A stretch of 64,000 bases of DNA from an uncultured Acidobacteriota bacterium (GCA_963805975.1 CAWDVR010000001.1:1280001-1344000), one strand, 5' to 3'; shown: positions 12,245-22,254, numbered from the stretch's first letter. The notes: generated by a model not told the origin, from the letters alone. Numbers and translations: made by a program.

Positions 12245-14502
12245 CGCCAGTCTACCCGGATGGAAGGCGGGCCCACCGCGCTGACGCGGAGCGGCCTGGC
12301 CTCGGCGAGCTCGACCCTCAGGGCCCCTAGCCGGTCGGTCCGCAGCACCTGGGCGCCGTGTGCCTGCAAGCGCTCCAGGGCTTGCGCCGCCGGATGGCCG
12401 TAGGAGTTTGCGCGCCCAGCCGAGATCAGGGCCGTGCGAGGTTCCGCCAAGGCGAGGAAGCTCCGGGTGGACGAGGTTCGGCTGCCGTGGTGAGCGACCT
12501 TGAGGAGGTCGGCCGCGAGCAACGAGCCCCAGCGCCGGCCGAGGACCGCCTCTCCCCGGCCCTCGATGTCGCCGGCCAGGAGCACGCTGCGCCCCAGGGC
12601 CTCCCCCTTGAGCACCAGGGAGGCGTCGTTGCCCTGGAACCGGTCGTCCGCGGCCGGGTGGAGCACCCGGAAGCTCCAGCGCCCTCGCCGTAGCTCGTCG
12701 CCGGCCGCGAGCCCGATCCGCCGCTCGCCCGAGCGCTGGGCGAGCTCGCTCCCACAGCCGTCCTCCGGTGATCCTGGGGCCATCCAGGCCTCGCCGATCG
12801 GCAGGTAGTCGAAGAGGTCCACGAGCCCGCGGCAATGATCGCGGTCGCCATGGCTCAGCACCACTGCATCGAGCCGGCGGACACCCTCTCCCAGGAGGGC
12901 GGGCAGGAGCACTGCCCCGGCCAGGTCGCCCTGTTCCCATCCGCCGCCGTCCACCAGCAGGGCGTGGCGCCCGTCCCGCAGCAGGATGGCGTCGCCCTGC
13001 CCCACGTCGAGCATCACCACGGTCACTCCACCGTCGCGGTTCGGCCAGAGGAGGCAGAAGATCAATGCCACTGCGAGCGCCGCGAGGCCAAGGGCTCGGG
13101 GCCTGGCGAGGATCCGGTAAAGACCGAGGGCCAGGGCCGTGGCGCCGAGCCCGCCGAGGGCCACCGGCATCGTCCACAACGGACCCCAGGCGGAAGCGGA
13201 AAGCCAGCCCACCGGCGCCGCCAGAAAGTCGAGCACCGGGACCGAGGCCCTGGCTACACCAGGTGCGAGGACGGCCAGCATCGTCCAGGCGAGCGCGGCC
13301 AGCAATGCGATGGACATCCAGGGTATGAACAGCAGGTTGGCGAGCGGTGCGGCCGGGGCCAGGAGGTGGAAGGCCGGCAAAGCCCACGGAATGGTGGCGA
13401 CCTGGGCGCCGACGGTGGCTGCGAGCGGCCGGGAAAGCCCTCGCGGCAGGCGGGTCCAGGCCGCTTCCAGCCGCGGCGCCAGGAAGACCAGGCCCGCGGT
13501 CGCGGCCACGGTGAGCTGGAACCCGAGATCCAGGACCAGCGAAGGATCCCAAGCCACCAGAACGCCGGCCGCCACCGCCAGGGAGTTGCCGCTCTGGGGC
13601 GGTCTCTCGAGCAGCAGGGCCGTGGCAGCCAACGCCGCCATCAAGGCGGAGCGCAGGATCGCCGGCGAGGGCCCGACGAGAAGGATGTAAGCGACGACGG
13701 CGGTAGCGGCCAGGGCGAGGCGGAAGCCGCGGCGCGCCCCGGTGCCGAGCACCAGCGCGGCGGCTACGACCATACCGATGTGCAGCCCGGAAACGGACAG
13801 CACGTGCGACAGCCCCCAGCGCCGCAGGCCGCGCTTCCAGGTTGCCGGCAGCGCACTGGTATCGCCCAGTGCCAGGGCTCGCGCCAGAGCCACACCCGGT
13901 CCGCTCGCCGCCGCGTCCCGATAGCCGGCGTCCACCCGCGCCCGCAGGCGAGCGGACCAGGAGGACAAGGCGCCCGCGGCCTCCTCCACCTCGATCAACC
14001 TTGTGCTCTTCACGTAGAGCCGCGTCGGGCCGGGAGGAGTGGGCCGCCGGTTCCAGAAGCCGGACGAGCGGTAGAGCTGGCCTTGCAGCCGGACCCGCGT
14101 GCCCAGCCCCGGCAGCTCAGCATCGGCTGGCGCAGAAACGATCAGCCGCCGCGGCAACGAGAAGACCTGGCCACGCTGCTGCAGGCTCTCGACCGCGAGC
14201 GTGGCGGTCGCCGTTTCACCCGCGCGACGCCAGTGACTGGCAACCCGGCCGGCCACCGCCGCGGGCCGGCCCAGGTCGACCCGCTGTCGGTGCGGCTCGG
14301 CCGGCAGCTCGCCGCGTGCGACCGGCAGCAGGAAGCCGAGGCAGACCCAGGCGAGCCAAAGAGAGGAGCGCCGGCCGAGGGCCAGGCCGGCGAGCGCCAG
14401 GCCGGCAACCAGCATGCCAGCGGCCCGCAGGTGAAAGCCGAGCGCGGCACCGGCCAGGAGGCACAGGACGGGGACGAGGGCGGGCAGGCGTGGCGGATGC
14501 AC
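12241..14502 (-). CDS. comEC: DNA uptake competence protein ComEC/Rec2
   Basis: Competence domain HVLSVSGLH and GFQLT; metallo-beta-lactamase domain DVGQGDA, SHGDRDH and KVAHHGS. Confidence 0.93.
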   Translation of the reverse strand: MHPPRLPALVPVLCLLAGAALGFHLRAAGMLVAGLALAGLALGRRSSLWLAWVCLGFLLPVARGELPAEPHRQRVDLGRPAAVAGRVASHWRRAGETATATLAVESLQQRGQVFSLPRRLIVSAPADAELPGLGTRVRLQGQLYRSSGFWNRRPTPPGPTRLYVKSTRLIEVEEAAGALSSWSARLRARVDAGYRDAAASGPGVALARALALGDTSALPATWKRGLRRWGLSHVLSVSGLHIGMVVAAALVLGTGARRGFRLALAATAVVAYILLVGPSPAILRSALMAALAATALLLERPPQSGNSLAVAAGVLVAWDPSLVLDLGFQLTVAATAGLVFLAPRLEAAWTRLPRGLSRPLAATVGAQVATIPWALPAFHLLAPAAPLANLLFIPWMSIALLAALAWTMLAVLAPGVARASVPVLDFLAAPVGWLSASAWGPLWTMPVALGGLGATALALGLYRILARPRALGLAALAVALIFCLLWPNRDGGVTVVMLDVGQGDAILLRDGRHALLVDGGGWEQGDLAGAVLLPALLGEGVRRLDAVVLSHGDRDHCRGLVDLFDYLPIGEAWMAPGSPEDGCGSELAQRSGERRIGLAAGDELRRGRWSFRVLHPAADDRFQGNDASLVLKGEALGRSVLLAGDIEGRGEAVLGRRWGSLLAADLLKVAHHGSRTSSTRSFLALAEPRTALISAGRANSYGHPAAQALERLQAHGAQVLRTDRLGALRVELAEARPLRVSAVGPPSIRVDWR

Positions 14503-14509
14503 GCCCCCT

Positions 14510-14538
14510 AAGACGGGAACCGGCGCGGAAACCTTACC
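14510..14538 (-). promoter_or_regulatory. Putative ECF-type promoter GTAAG-N17-CGTCTT upstream of comEC
   Basis: The minus strand reads GGTAAG gtttccgcgccggttcc CGTCTT, 7 nt before GTG 14502; the same motif lies upstream of radC. Confidence 0.5.
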
Positions 14539-14944
14539 GCTGGCATACCTTGGCCATCGTCACCTGGCCGGAAAGGAACGCACCCTCCGCGATCACCACC
14601 CTCGAGGCAGCGATGTTGCCTTCCAACTTTGCCGAGGCGGCGAGCTCCACGAGGTCGCTGGCCACCACGTCGCCCGCGACTCGGCCGGCGATGGAGATCG
14701 TGCGGGCCGCGATCCCTCCCTCGACCTCGCCGCCCGCGGCCACCCTCACCACTCCCTCGGTCGCGACGCTGCCCACCAGGAGACCCTCGACTCGCAAGTC
14801 CGCGGCGCCGCTGACCACGCCTTCGAAGCGCGCCCCGGCGGTGATCAGCGATCCCGGCCCCGATGCTGCCGGGCCGGAGCTGGGGCGCGGCGCTGCCGCG
14901 GCGGCTCCGGGAGAGGAGAGCGGGTCACGACGGAAGATCGACAT
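14534..14944 (-). CDS. Bactofilin (polymer-forming cytoskeletal protein)
   Basis: SLITAGARFEG...LRVEG...VEGGIAARTISIAGRVAGDV...IAEGAFLSG beta-helix pattern. Confidence 0.88.
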   Translation of the reverse strand: MSIFRRDPLSSPGAAAAAPRPSSGPAASGPGSLITAGARFEGVVSGAADLRVEGLLVGSVATEGVVRVAAGGEVEGGIAARTISIAGRVAGDVVASDLVELAASAKLEGNIAASRVVIAEGAFLSGQVTMAKVCQR

Positions 14945-14962
14945 CGCGGCTGGGGTTGAGTT

Positions 14963-15038
14963 TGGAGCGGGCAACGGGACTCGAACCCGCGACATCAAGC
15001 TTGGGAAGCTTGCACTCTACCAACTGAGTTATGCCCGC
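14963..15038 (-). tRNA. tRNA-Gly (anticodon CCC), CCA encoded
   Basis: GCGGGCATAACTCAGTTGGTAGAGTGCAAGCTTCCCAAGCTTGATGTCGCGGGTTCGAGTCCCGTTGCCCGCTCCA forms a 76-nt cloverleaf. Confidence 0.97.
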
Positions 15039-15049
15039 TCGCGGCGGCT

Positions 15050-15078
15050 AATGTAGCGGAGGCCCCGAAAGTGGTCAA
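15050..15078 (-). promoter_or_regulatory. sigma70 promoter of tRNA-Gly
   Basis: TTGACC-N17-TACATT on the minus strand, 11 nt before the tRNA 5' end. Confidence 0.75.
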
Positions 15079-15133
15079 GCGCGCCCCTTGCCACGGACGC
15101 GCGGTCGCTATACTTCGAGGCCAGGCAAGAGAG

Positions 15134-15418
15134 ATGTCCATCCACGACCCAAAGACCGCACGCGGCCGCTCCGACACCCTCTACTTCTTTCCGGATCAGG
15201 AGGTCACCGCGGCCGAGCTGCACGAGATCCTCGGCGGGCGTGACGTGTGGCGGCGCAACTGGGCCATCTCGCACCTGCTGCGCTACGCGCAGTGGGACGA
15301 CATCTGGATGTACGTCAGCCGCGATCAGGTGCGCGAGGTGCTCTACGACCTCGACCTGCCCGAGCGCCTGCGCTCTGCCTGGGCCCGCATGCTGAAAATG
15401 GAAGTGCCCGTCGGCTGA
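15134..15418 (+). CDS. Small hypothetical protein (DUF6922-like)
   Basis: 94 aa; WAISHLLRYAQWDDIW resembles the DUF6922 pattern; TATACT at 15109-15114 upstream. Confidence 0.6.
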   Translation: MSIHDPKTARGRSDTLYFFPDQEVTAAELHEILGGRDVWRRNWAISHLLRYAQWDDIWMYVSRDQVREVLYDLDLPERLRSAWARMLKMEVPVG

Positions 15419-15436
15419 GGGCCTTTCGGCTGAGAT

Positions 15437-16732
15437 CTACAGCTGGGAGGCGAAGGGTCGCGCCAGCCATTCCCTGACGCGCTCCCGCCACGGCCGCCGG
15501 CGCCAGGCCTCGAAGGTCACCTGCCGGGACTGCTTCAAGTCTGCCTCGAACACCTCGGTCATCCGCCGCGCGAACTCGGCATCGTAGAGGTTGAGGTTGG
15601 CCTCGTCGTTGAGCGCGAAGGAGCGGTTGTCGAAGTTCGTCGAGCCCACCGAGACCAGGAGCCCGTCGACCGTCAGGATCTTGCAGTGGTACATGGTCGG
15701 CCGGTACTCGTGGATCTCGGCCCCGGCGGCCAGGAGCTCCCCCCAGTCCGCCCGGGAGGCGCTGCGCACCGCCTCGACGTCGATGTGCTCTCCGGGCACG
15801 ATGACACGCACCTTGACCCCGCGGCGCACGGCGTCGAGGAGGGTCTTCCGGGTCAGCTCGTCGGGCACGAAGTAGGACGCCGCCAAGTCGATCGAGCGCT
15901 CGGCCGCGGCGATCGCCAGCAGATACATCAGCCGCATGCTCTCGCTGCCGCCGGTCGGCGAGCTCGAGAACATCTGAGCGGGCGTGTTGCCGGCGTGCTC
16001 GAGGGCTGGAAAGTAGGTCTTCTCGTCGAGCACCTCGCCGGAGACCTTCAGCCAGTTGTCGGTGAAGACCGCCTGCACCTGGGCCACGGTCGGGCCCTCG
16101 AGCCGGAAGTGCGCATCCCGCCAGTGCCCGGGATCCTGTGCGTCGCCGGTCCACCTGTCGGCAATGCCGACGCCGCCGGTGAAGCCGACCCGGCCGTCGA
16201 CCACCAAGAGCTTGCGATGTGTGCGTTGGTTGAAGCGCGACAGGTGATACCAGCGCAGGGGATGGTACTTCTCGACCTCGACACCCGCGTCCCGGAGCTC
16301 CTGGAGCAGATCGTCGTCCATCTGGCTGCTGCCGACCCAGTCCAGCAGCACGTGCACCCGCACCCCGGCCCGCGCACGCTCGGCGAGCGCCGCGGCGAAC
16401 CGCCCGCCGATGTCTCCGGACCAGTAGATGTAGGTCTCGAAGGTGATGGTCTCGCGCGCCGCGGCGATCGCGGCGAGCATCGAGGGAAAGATCTCGTCGC
16501 CATTCTCGAGGTACTCGACCTTGTTGCCTTCGAGGATGGCGGGGCCCAGCAGCACCCCCATGACGTGTCGGAACTGTGGGTCCGTGGTGCCGTAACGATG
16601 CTCGATCCGCTGCTCGATCTGCTTCTCGCGCGGCAGGAAGTTCAGCCCCACGAGAACCACGATGGCGGTGAGAGCGACTGCGATCAGGATCCAGATGAGC
16701 ATCTTTGCGCGCCCCACCACGATGGCCATCAC
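15437..16732 (-). CDS. cls: Cardiolipin synthase (PLD family)
   Basis: Two HKD motifs (RTHRKLLVVD and YHCKILTVD), WRDAH and GSTNFDNRS. Confidence 0.9.
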   Translation of the reverse strand: MMAIVVGRAKMLIWILIAVALTAIVVLVGLNFLPREKQIEQRIEHRYGTTDPQFRHVMGVLLGPAILEGNKVEYLENGDEIFPSMLAAIAAARETITFETYIYWSGDIGGRFAAALAERARAGVRVHVLLDWVGSSQMDDDLLQELRDAGVEVEKYHPLRWYHLSRFNQRTHRKLLVVDGRVGFTGGVGIADRWTGDAQDPGHWRDAHFRLEGPTVAQVQAVFTDNWLKVSGEVLDEKTYFPALEHAGNTPAQMFSSSPTGGSESMRLMYLLAIAAAERSIDLAASYFVPDELTRKTLLDAVRRGVKVRVIVPGEHIDVEAVRSASRADWGELLAAGAEIHEYRPTMYHCKILTVDGLLVSVGSTNFDNRSFALNDEANLNLYDAEFARRMTEVFEADLKQSRQVTFEAWRRRPWRERVREWLARPFASQL

Positions 16733-16781
16733 CCACGCCCTCCAGGCCGGCTACCTGTGCGGTCTCCTGCCGCCCAGCTCC

Positions 16782-17798
16782 CTAGCTACCATCCAACAGG
16801 GTCCCCAACCCACCCAGGATCGAGCCCTCGTCCCGCCGGCCGCCCAGCGGATTGCCCGGCGCCGCGGCGAAGATGCGACCGGCCAGGCGGCTGAAGGGCA
16901 GCGACTGGAGCCACACCTTGCCCGGGCCGGTCAGGGTGGCGAAGACGATCCCCTCGCCCCCGAACATCGCGGTCTTGATGCCACCCACGAACTGGATGTC
17001 GTAGTTGACTCGCGGCTCGAAAGCCACCAGGCAGCCGGTGTCGAGCCGCAACGTCTCCCCGGCCGCGAGGTCGCGCTCGACGATGGTGCCGCCGGCGTGG
17101 ATGAAAGCCAGCCCGTCCCCTTCGAGCTTCTGCAGGATGAAGCCCTCGCCGCCGAAGAGGCCGGCACCGAGCTTGCGCTGGAAGGCGATCCCCACCGCCA
17201 CGCCCTTGGCGGCGCACAGGAACGCATCCTTCTGGCAGAGCATCGTACGGCCGTGCAGCTTGAGGTCCATGGGGATGATCTTGCCGGGATAGGGCGAGGC
17301 GAAGGCGACGCTCTTCCGGCCCACGCCGGTGTTGCTGAACACGGTCATGAACAGCGACTCGCCGGTCAGCACCCGCTTGCCGGCGGAGAGCAGCTTGCCC
17401 ATCAGTCCGCCGCCCTGCGATTGCGCCGAGCCGTCGCCGAAGATGGTCTCCATCTCGATCCCCGGCTCCATGTACATGAAGGAGCCGGCCTCGGCGATGC
17501 AGGCCTCGCCCGGATCGAGCGTGACCTCGACGAACTGCATCTCCTCGCCGACGATCTTGTAGTCGATCTCGTGCGCCTGGCCGACGCCGGTCGGCGGCGG
17601 TGGCGGCACGGCGCCAGCGGCGCCGAAAGCGCCGGCAAAGGGCTCGCGGTTGGCGATGGGCGCCCAACCGTCCATGCCCTGCGTGAACACGTGGGCGCTG
17701 CGATCGACCCGCCGGGCGCGGATGCGATCGACGATCTCCGCTTCGCTCAGCGGTCCTTCCTGCTGGCCGCCCACGGCGAGGTACCAGGTATTGCTCAT
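16782..17798 (-). CDS. TIGR00266/AIM24 family protein with N-terminal GYF_2 (DUF4339) domain
   Basis: WYLAVGGQQEGP...VFTQGMDGW N-terminal domain; GESLFMT, FGGEGFILQKL and GPGKVWLQS. Confidence 0.88.
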   Translation of the reverse strand: MSNTWYLAVGGQQEGPLSEAEIVDRIRARRVDRSAHVFTQGMDGWAPIANREPFAGAFGAAGAVPPPPPTGVGQAHEIDYKIVGEEMQFVEVTLDPGEACIAEAGSFMYMEPGIEMETIFGDGSAQSQGGGLMGKLLSAGKRVLTGESLFMTVFSNTGVGRKSVAFASPYPGKIIPMDLKLHGRTMLCQKDAFLCAAKGVAVGIAFQRKLGAGLFGGEGFILQKLEGDGLAFIHAGGTIVERDLAAGETLRLDTGCLVAFEPRVNYDIQFVGGIKTAMFGGEGIVFATLTGPGKVWLQSLPFSRLAGRIFAAAPGNPLGGRRDEGSILGGLGTLLDGS

Positions 17799-17821
17799 CC
17801 TCGGAGTCTCCTTGTTGGTGG

Positions 17822-18401
17822 TCAGCGGCTGCCGGGCTTCTCCGCTCCGGCAGCCTCGGCCCACGCGGGCGCAGCCTCGCCGGAGGCCGGGTCGTAGGTC
17901 GGGATGTCCAGCTTGAGCAGGGCGAAGAACGGCACCTCGAAGGGGCTCCGGCCCGTGGTGCGGTCGATGATGCCGCCCACCGCCACCACCAGAGCCCCGG
18001 CCTCGGTCGCGACCGCCGCCGCCTCGAGCGTGCTCTTGCCGGTGGTCACCGCATCCTCGACCACGGCGACGCGCTCGCCGGCCTCGAGATGGAAGCTGCG
18101 GCGCAGCTTCATCTCGCCCTTCTCCCGTTCGGTGAAACGGAAGGGCACGCCGAGCGCCGCCGCCACCTCGTGACCGATGATGACGCCGCCCAGGGCCGGC
18201 GACAGCACCGAGTCCGGCCGCAGGGGCGCCAGCCGGCGCGCCAGGGCCCTGCCCACCCGACGTGCCAGCTTGGGGTTCTCGAGCAGCCGCGCGCACTGCA
18301 CGTAGGCCGGCGAGTGCAGGCCCGAGGAGAGCACGAAGTGGCCGCGCTTCAGGGCGCCGGTCTCTTCGAGCAGGCGCTCGAGCTCGTCGGCCGGCAGGGT
18401 C

Positions 18402-18412
<11 letters not shown>
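17822..18412 (-). CDS. pyrE: Orotate phosphoribosyltransferase
   Basis: GHFVLSSGLHS and PRPP motif VVEDAVTTGKS. Confidence 0.93.
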
Positions 18413-19799
<1,387 letters not shown>

Positions 19800-19962
19800 C
19801 GCGGCTTACGACCTCGGGCCCAGGTTTGGATGACGGTTGCGGCGCCCGGCGGCGCCGCCGGGCGGCAGGAGTCTAGCAGGAGGAGATGGCAGAGGGCCGC
19901 TCGACATTGCCGCGAGGCGAGCCCGTGGCTCGCTCGCGGCAGCTTCGAGGGTCGATAGGGTG

Positions 19963-21501
19963 CTACTGGGCCTGCGGGAATGAGAGCAAGGGTGGCAGCT
20001 CCTCACCCTGCGGCGAGAAGCGCCGCACGTAGAGCCGCATCCGGCCCCCCTTCTCCACGGCCTTGACCGCGGTCTCGAACTCCCGGACGGAGCCCACGTT
20101 CTTGCCGTTGACGCTGGTGATCACGGACAGAACCTCGCCGCTCCTCAAGCCGTCTTCGTACAACGGGCTGGTGGGCGACACGGTGGTGACCAGGGCACCC
20201 TCCAGATTCTCCGGCAGGTTGTGGGTCGAGCGCAGGGTAGGCGTCAGATCCTGGTAGCGCAGACCCAGCCAGTCGATGGCAGAGTCTTTCTCGGGCTCCG
20301 GCGCTTCCGCCGCCTGGCCCACCCGCACGTCGCGCTCCGCGAGCTTGAGGACGAAATCCCGGCGCTTGCCCTCGCGCAGCACGTCGAGCCGGATGCTCGC
20401 GTCCGGACCGAGGCTCGAGACGTAGTCGATCAGCTCGCGGGTGTTCTTGATCGGCCGGTCGTTGACCTCGAGGATGATGTCCTCGGGCCGCAGGCCCGCC
20501 TTGTCGGCCGGCTGGCCCGGCAGCACGTTCATCACCAGCGCGCCGCTGGTCGACTCCAGGCCGTAGGCCTCCGCGGCGTCGAAATCGAGGTTGCGGATGT
20601 TGACGCCCATGTAGCCGCGCCGCACCTTCCCGGACTCGACGAGCTGCGGCAGGATCTGCTTCAGGGTGTTGGAGGGCACCGCGAAGCCGATGTTCTCGGC
20701 CGCGAAGTTGATCGCAGTGTTGATGCCGATGACCTCCCCCGCCAGGTTCAGGAGGGGCCCACCCGAGTTGCCGAAGTTGATCGCGGCGTCGGTCTGGATG
20801 AAGTTCTCGAACGAGGTGTCGTTGATGCCGATCGAGCGTCCCTTGGCGCTGACCACGCCCACCGTCACCGAATGGCTGAGGTCGAGCGGGCTGCCCACGG
20901 CCATCACCCACTCGCCGACGCGCAGCGCGTCGCTGTCACCCAGGCGCAGGTAGGTGAGCTTGCGCGGCAGGTCGATCTTCAAGACCGCGATGTCGGTCGC
21001 CGCATCCGTGCCCTTGATGGTCGCCTTGTACTCGCGGTCCTCGAGCACCACGGTCAGGTTCTCGGCTTCACGGATCACGTGGTAGTTGGTGACCACCAAG
21101 CCGTCCTCGCTGACCACGAAGCCGCTGCCCCCGGAGTCCTGACGGAACGGCTGATCGTCCTGCTGGGGCTGCTGCTGCGGCGCGTCTTGCTGGTCGGGCC
21201 GGCGCTGGCGGGGTCCGAAGAAGAACTCGAAGGGGTTGGGGGCACTGCCGGCGGCGCTCCTCCGCTCGATGCTGGTGGCGCGGATGGTCACCACCGCCGG
21301 GTCCACGGCGGAGGCGAGGTTGGCGAAGTCCGGCAGGCCGGCCGAATACCCGGGGACCGGCCCCGAGCTCACCGCCGGGATCGCCGGCCCCGTGGCCGCC
21401 GTGGGGGTGATCTCGAGCCCACCGGCCAAGACCATGCCGAAGACGGCGGCACCGAGCACGAGAAGAGAGGTCACGAACTGGCGGCTGCGGGAGTCCCTCA
21501 T
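19963..21501 (-). CDS. degP: HtrA/DegP-family serine protease with two PDZ domains
   Basis: GSGFV, TNYHV, TDIAVL and IQTDAAINFGNSGGPL. Confidence 0.9.
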   Translation of the reverse strand: MRDSRSRQFVTSLLVLGAAVFGMVLAGGLEITPTAATGPAIPAVSSGPVPGYSAGLPDFANLASAVDPAVVTIRATSIERRSAAGSAPNPFEFFFGPRQRRPDQQDAPQQQPQQDDQPFRQDSGGSGFVVSEDGLVVTNYHVIREAENLTVVLEDREYKATIKGTDAATDIAVLKIDLPRKLTYLRLGDSDALRVGEWVMAVGSPLDLSHSVTVGVVSAKGRSIGINDTSFENFIQTDAAINFGNSGGPLLNLAGEVIGINTAINFAAENIGFAVPSNTLKQILPQLVESGKVRRGYMGVNIRNLDFDAAEAYGLESTSGALVMNVLPGQPADKAGLRPEDIILEVNDRPIKNTRELIDYVSSLGPDASIRLDVLREGKRRDFVLKLAERDVRVGQAAEAPEPEKDSAIDWLGLRYQDLTPTLRSTHNLPENLEGALVTTVSPTSPLYEDGLRSGEVLSVITSVNGKNVGSVREFETAVKAVEKGGRMRLYVRRFSPQGEELPPLLSFPQAQ

Positions 21502-21573
21502 AGGATTTGAATCCTCTTTCCTGTTCGTGCGCGGTGCGAGGGCCGCGTCACGTCATTGCGCCCGCGGGGCGGC

Positions 21574-21589
21574 TGCAAGCGTCCTGCCA
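21574..21589 (-). promoter_or_regulatory. sigma54 -24/-12 promoter upstream of degP
   Basis: Minus strand TGGCAGGACGCTTGCA with exact GG-N10-GC spacing. Confidence 0.7.
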
Positions 21590-21799
21590 GGGGTTCCGCT
21601 TCCTTTTCCCCAACGCCGGTGGGAGCGTGACGCCATTTTGGCGCAGATCAGCCTCCAAAGGAAGAGTACTGTCCCTAGTTGTTGCCGCCAGCGGGGGCCG
21701 GAGTGAGGGTGGAAGCGTGGCCGGGAAACTGGTTGCTATGCCAGATATTGGTGTGCCAGGATTGGGGCTCCAGAAAGAAATGAGTTACCTGAGGCCATC

Positions 21800-22102
21800 A
21801 TGTCCGACGAAATCCTCCGCAGACTCGACGAGCTCAAGGCCGGCCAAGACGGGCTGAGGGCCGGCCAAGACAAGCTGAGGGCAGGTCAAGACCAGCTGAG
21901 AGCAGGCCAAGACCAGCTCAAGGCCGGCCAAGACGAGCTGAGAGCGGGCCAGGCCGCTATCCGGACCGAGGTTGGCGAACTGCGCACGGAGGTAATGAGG
22001 GCAGTGAGCGAGAGCAATGAGAGCGTGCTGAAGGCTCTTCAAGCTCTTCACAGTTCCCACCAAGAAACCCGCGCCACCGTTCGAGAGCTGAAGCGAGCCT
22101 GA
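21800..22102 (+). CDS. Small coiled-coil protein with heptad tandem repeats
   Basis: GAGG RBS then ATG; six (x)L(R/K)AGQD heptads; 100 aa. Confidence 0.7.
   Translation: MSDEILRRLDELKAGQDGLRAGQDKLRAGQDQLRAGQDQLKAGQDELRAGQAAIRTEVGELRTEVMRAVSESNESVLKALQALHSSHQETRATVRELKRA
21829..21952 (+). repeat. Imperfect 21-bp tandem repeat (about 6 copies)
   Basis: Units of the form xxg ctg/ctc aag/agg/aga gcc/gca/gcg ggc/ggt caa gac. Confidence 0.85.
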
Positions 22103-22254
22103 CGCCACGAGCTTCACGACTGGAGCCGGTGCTGGGCCGGACGTTCCAGCTCCCGGTCGGCCCCCTGGTTAGGTGCGCGGCGCGAACCTAGACCACCGTC
22201 GATCCCCCGAGAGCATCAACAGGCTCTTAGGACACTACCCTGGGAAGGGCTTCA

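Noticed and set aside
11294-13552. Long N-terminal extensions on miaA, speB, thrC, infB and pgsA ORFs
   Set aside because: They are open-frame run-ons overlapping neighbouring genes. Starts were reassigned by homology and RBS or -10 position.
14963-15418. tRNA-Gly as an integration site of a genomic island
   Set aside because: There is no integrase, no duplicated tRNA 3' end was seen, and flanking genes are core.
21829-21952. Possible CRISPR array
   Set aside because: The units are contiguous 21-bp coding repeats with no unique spacers, and no cas genes are present.
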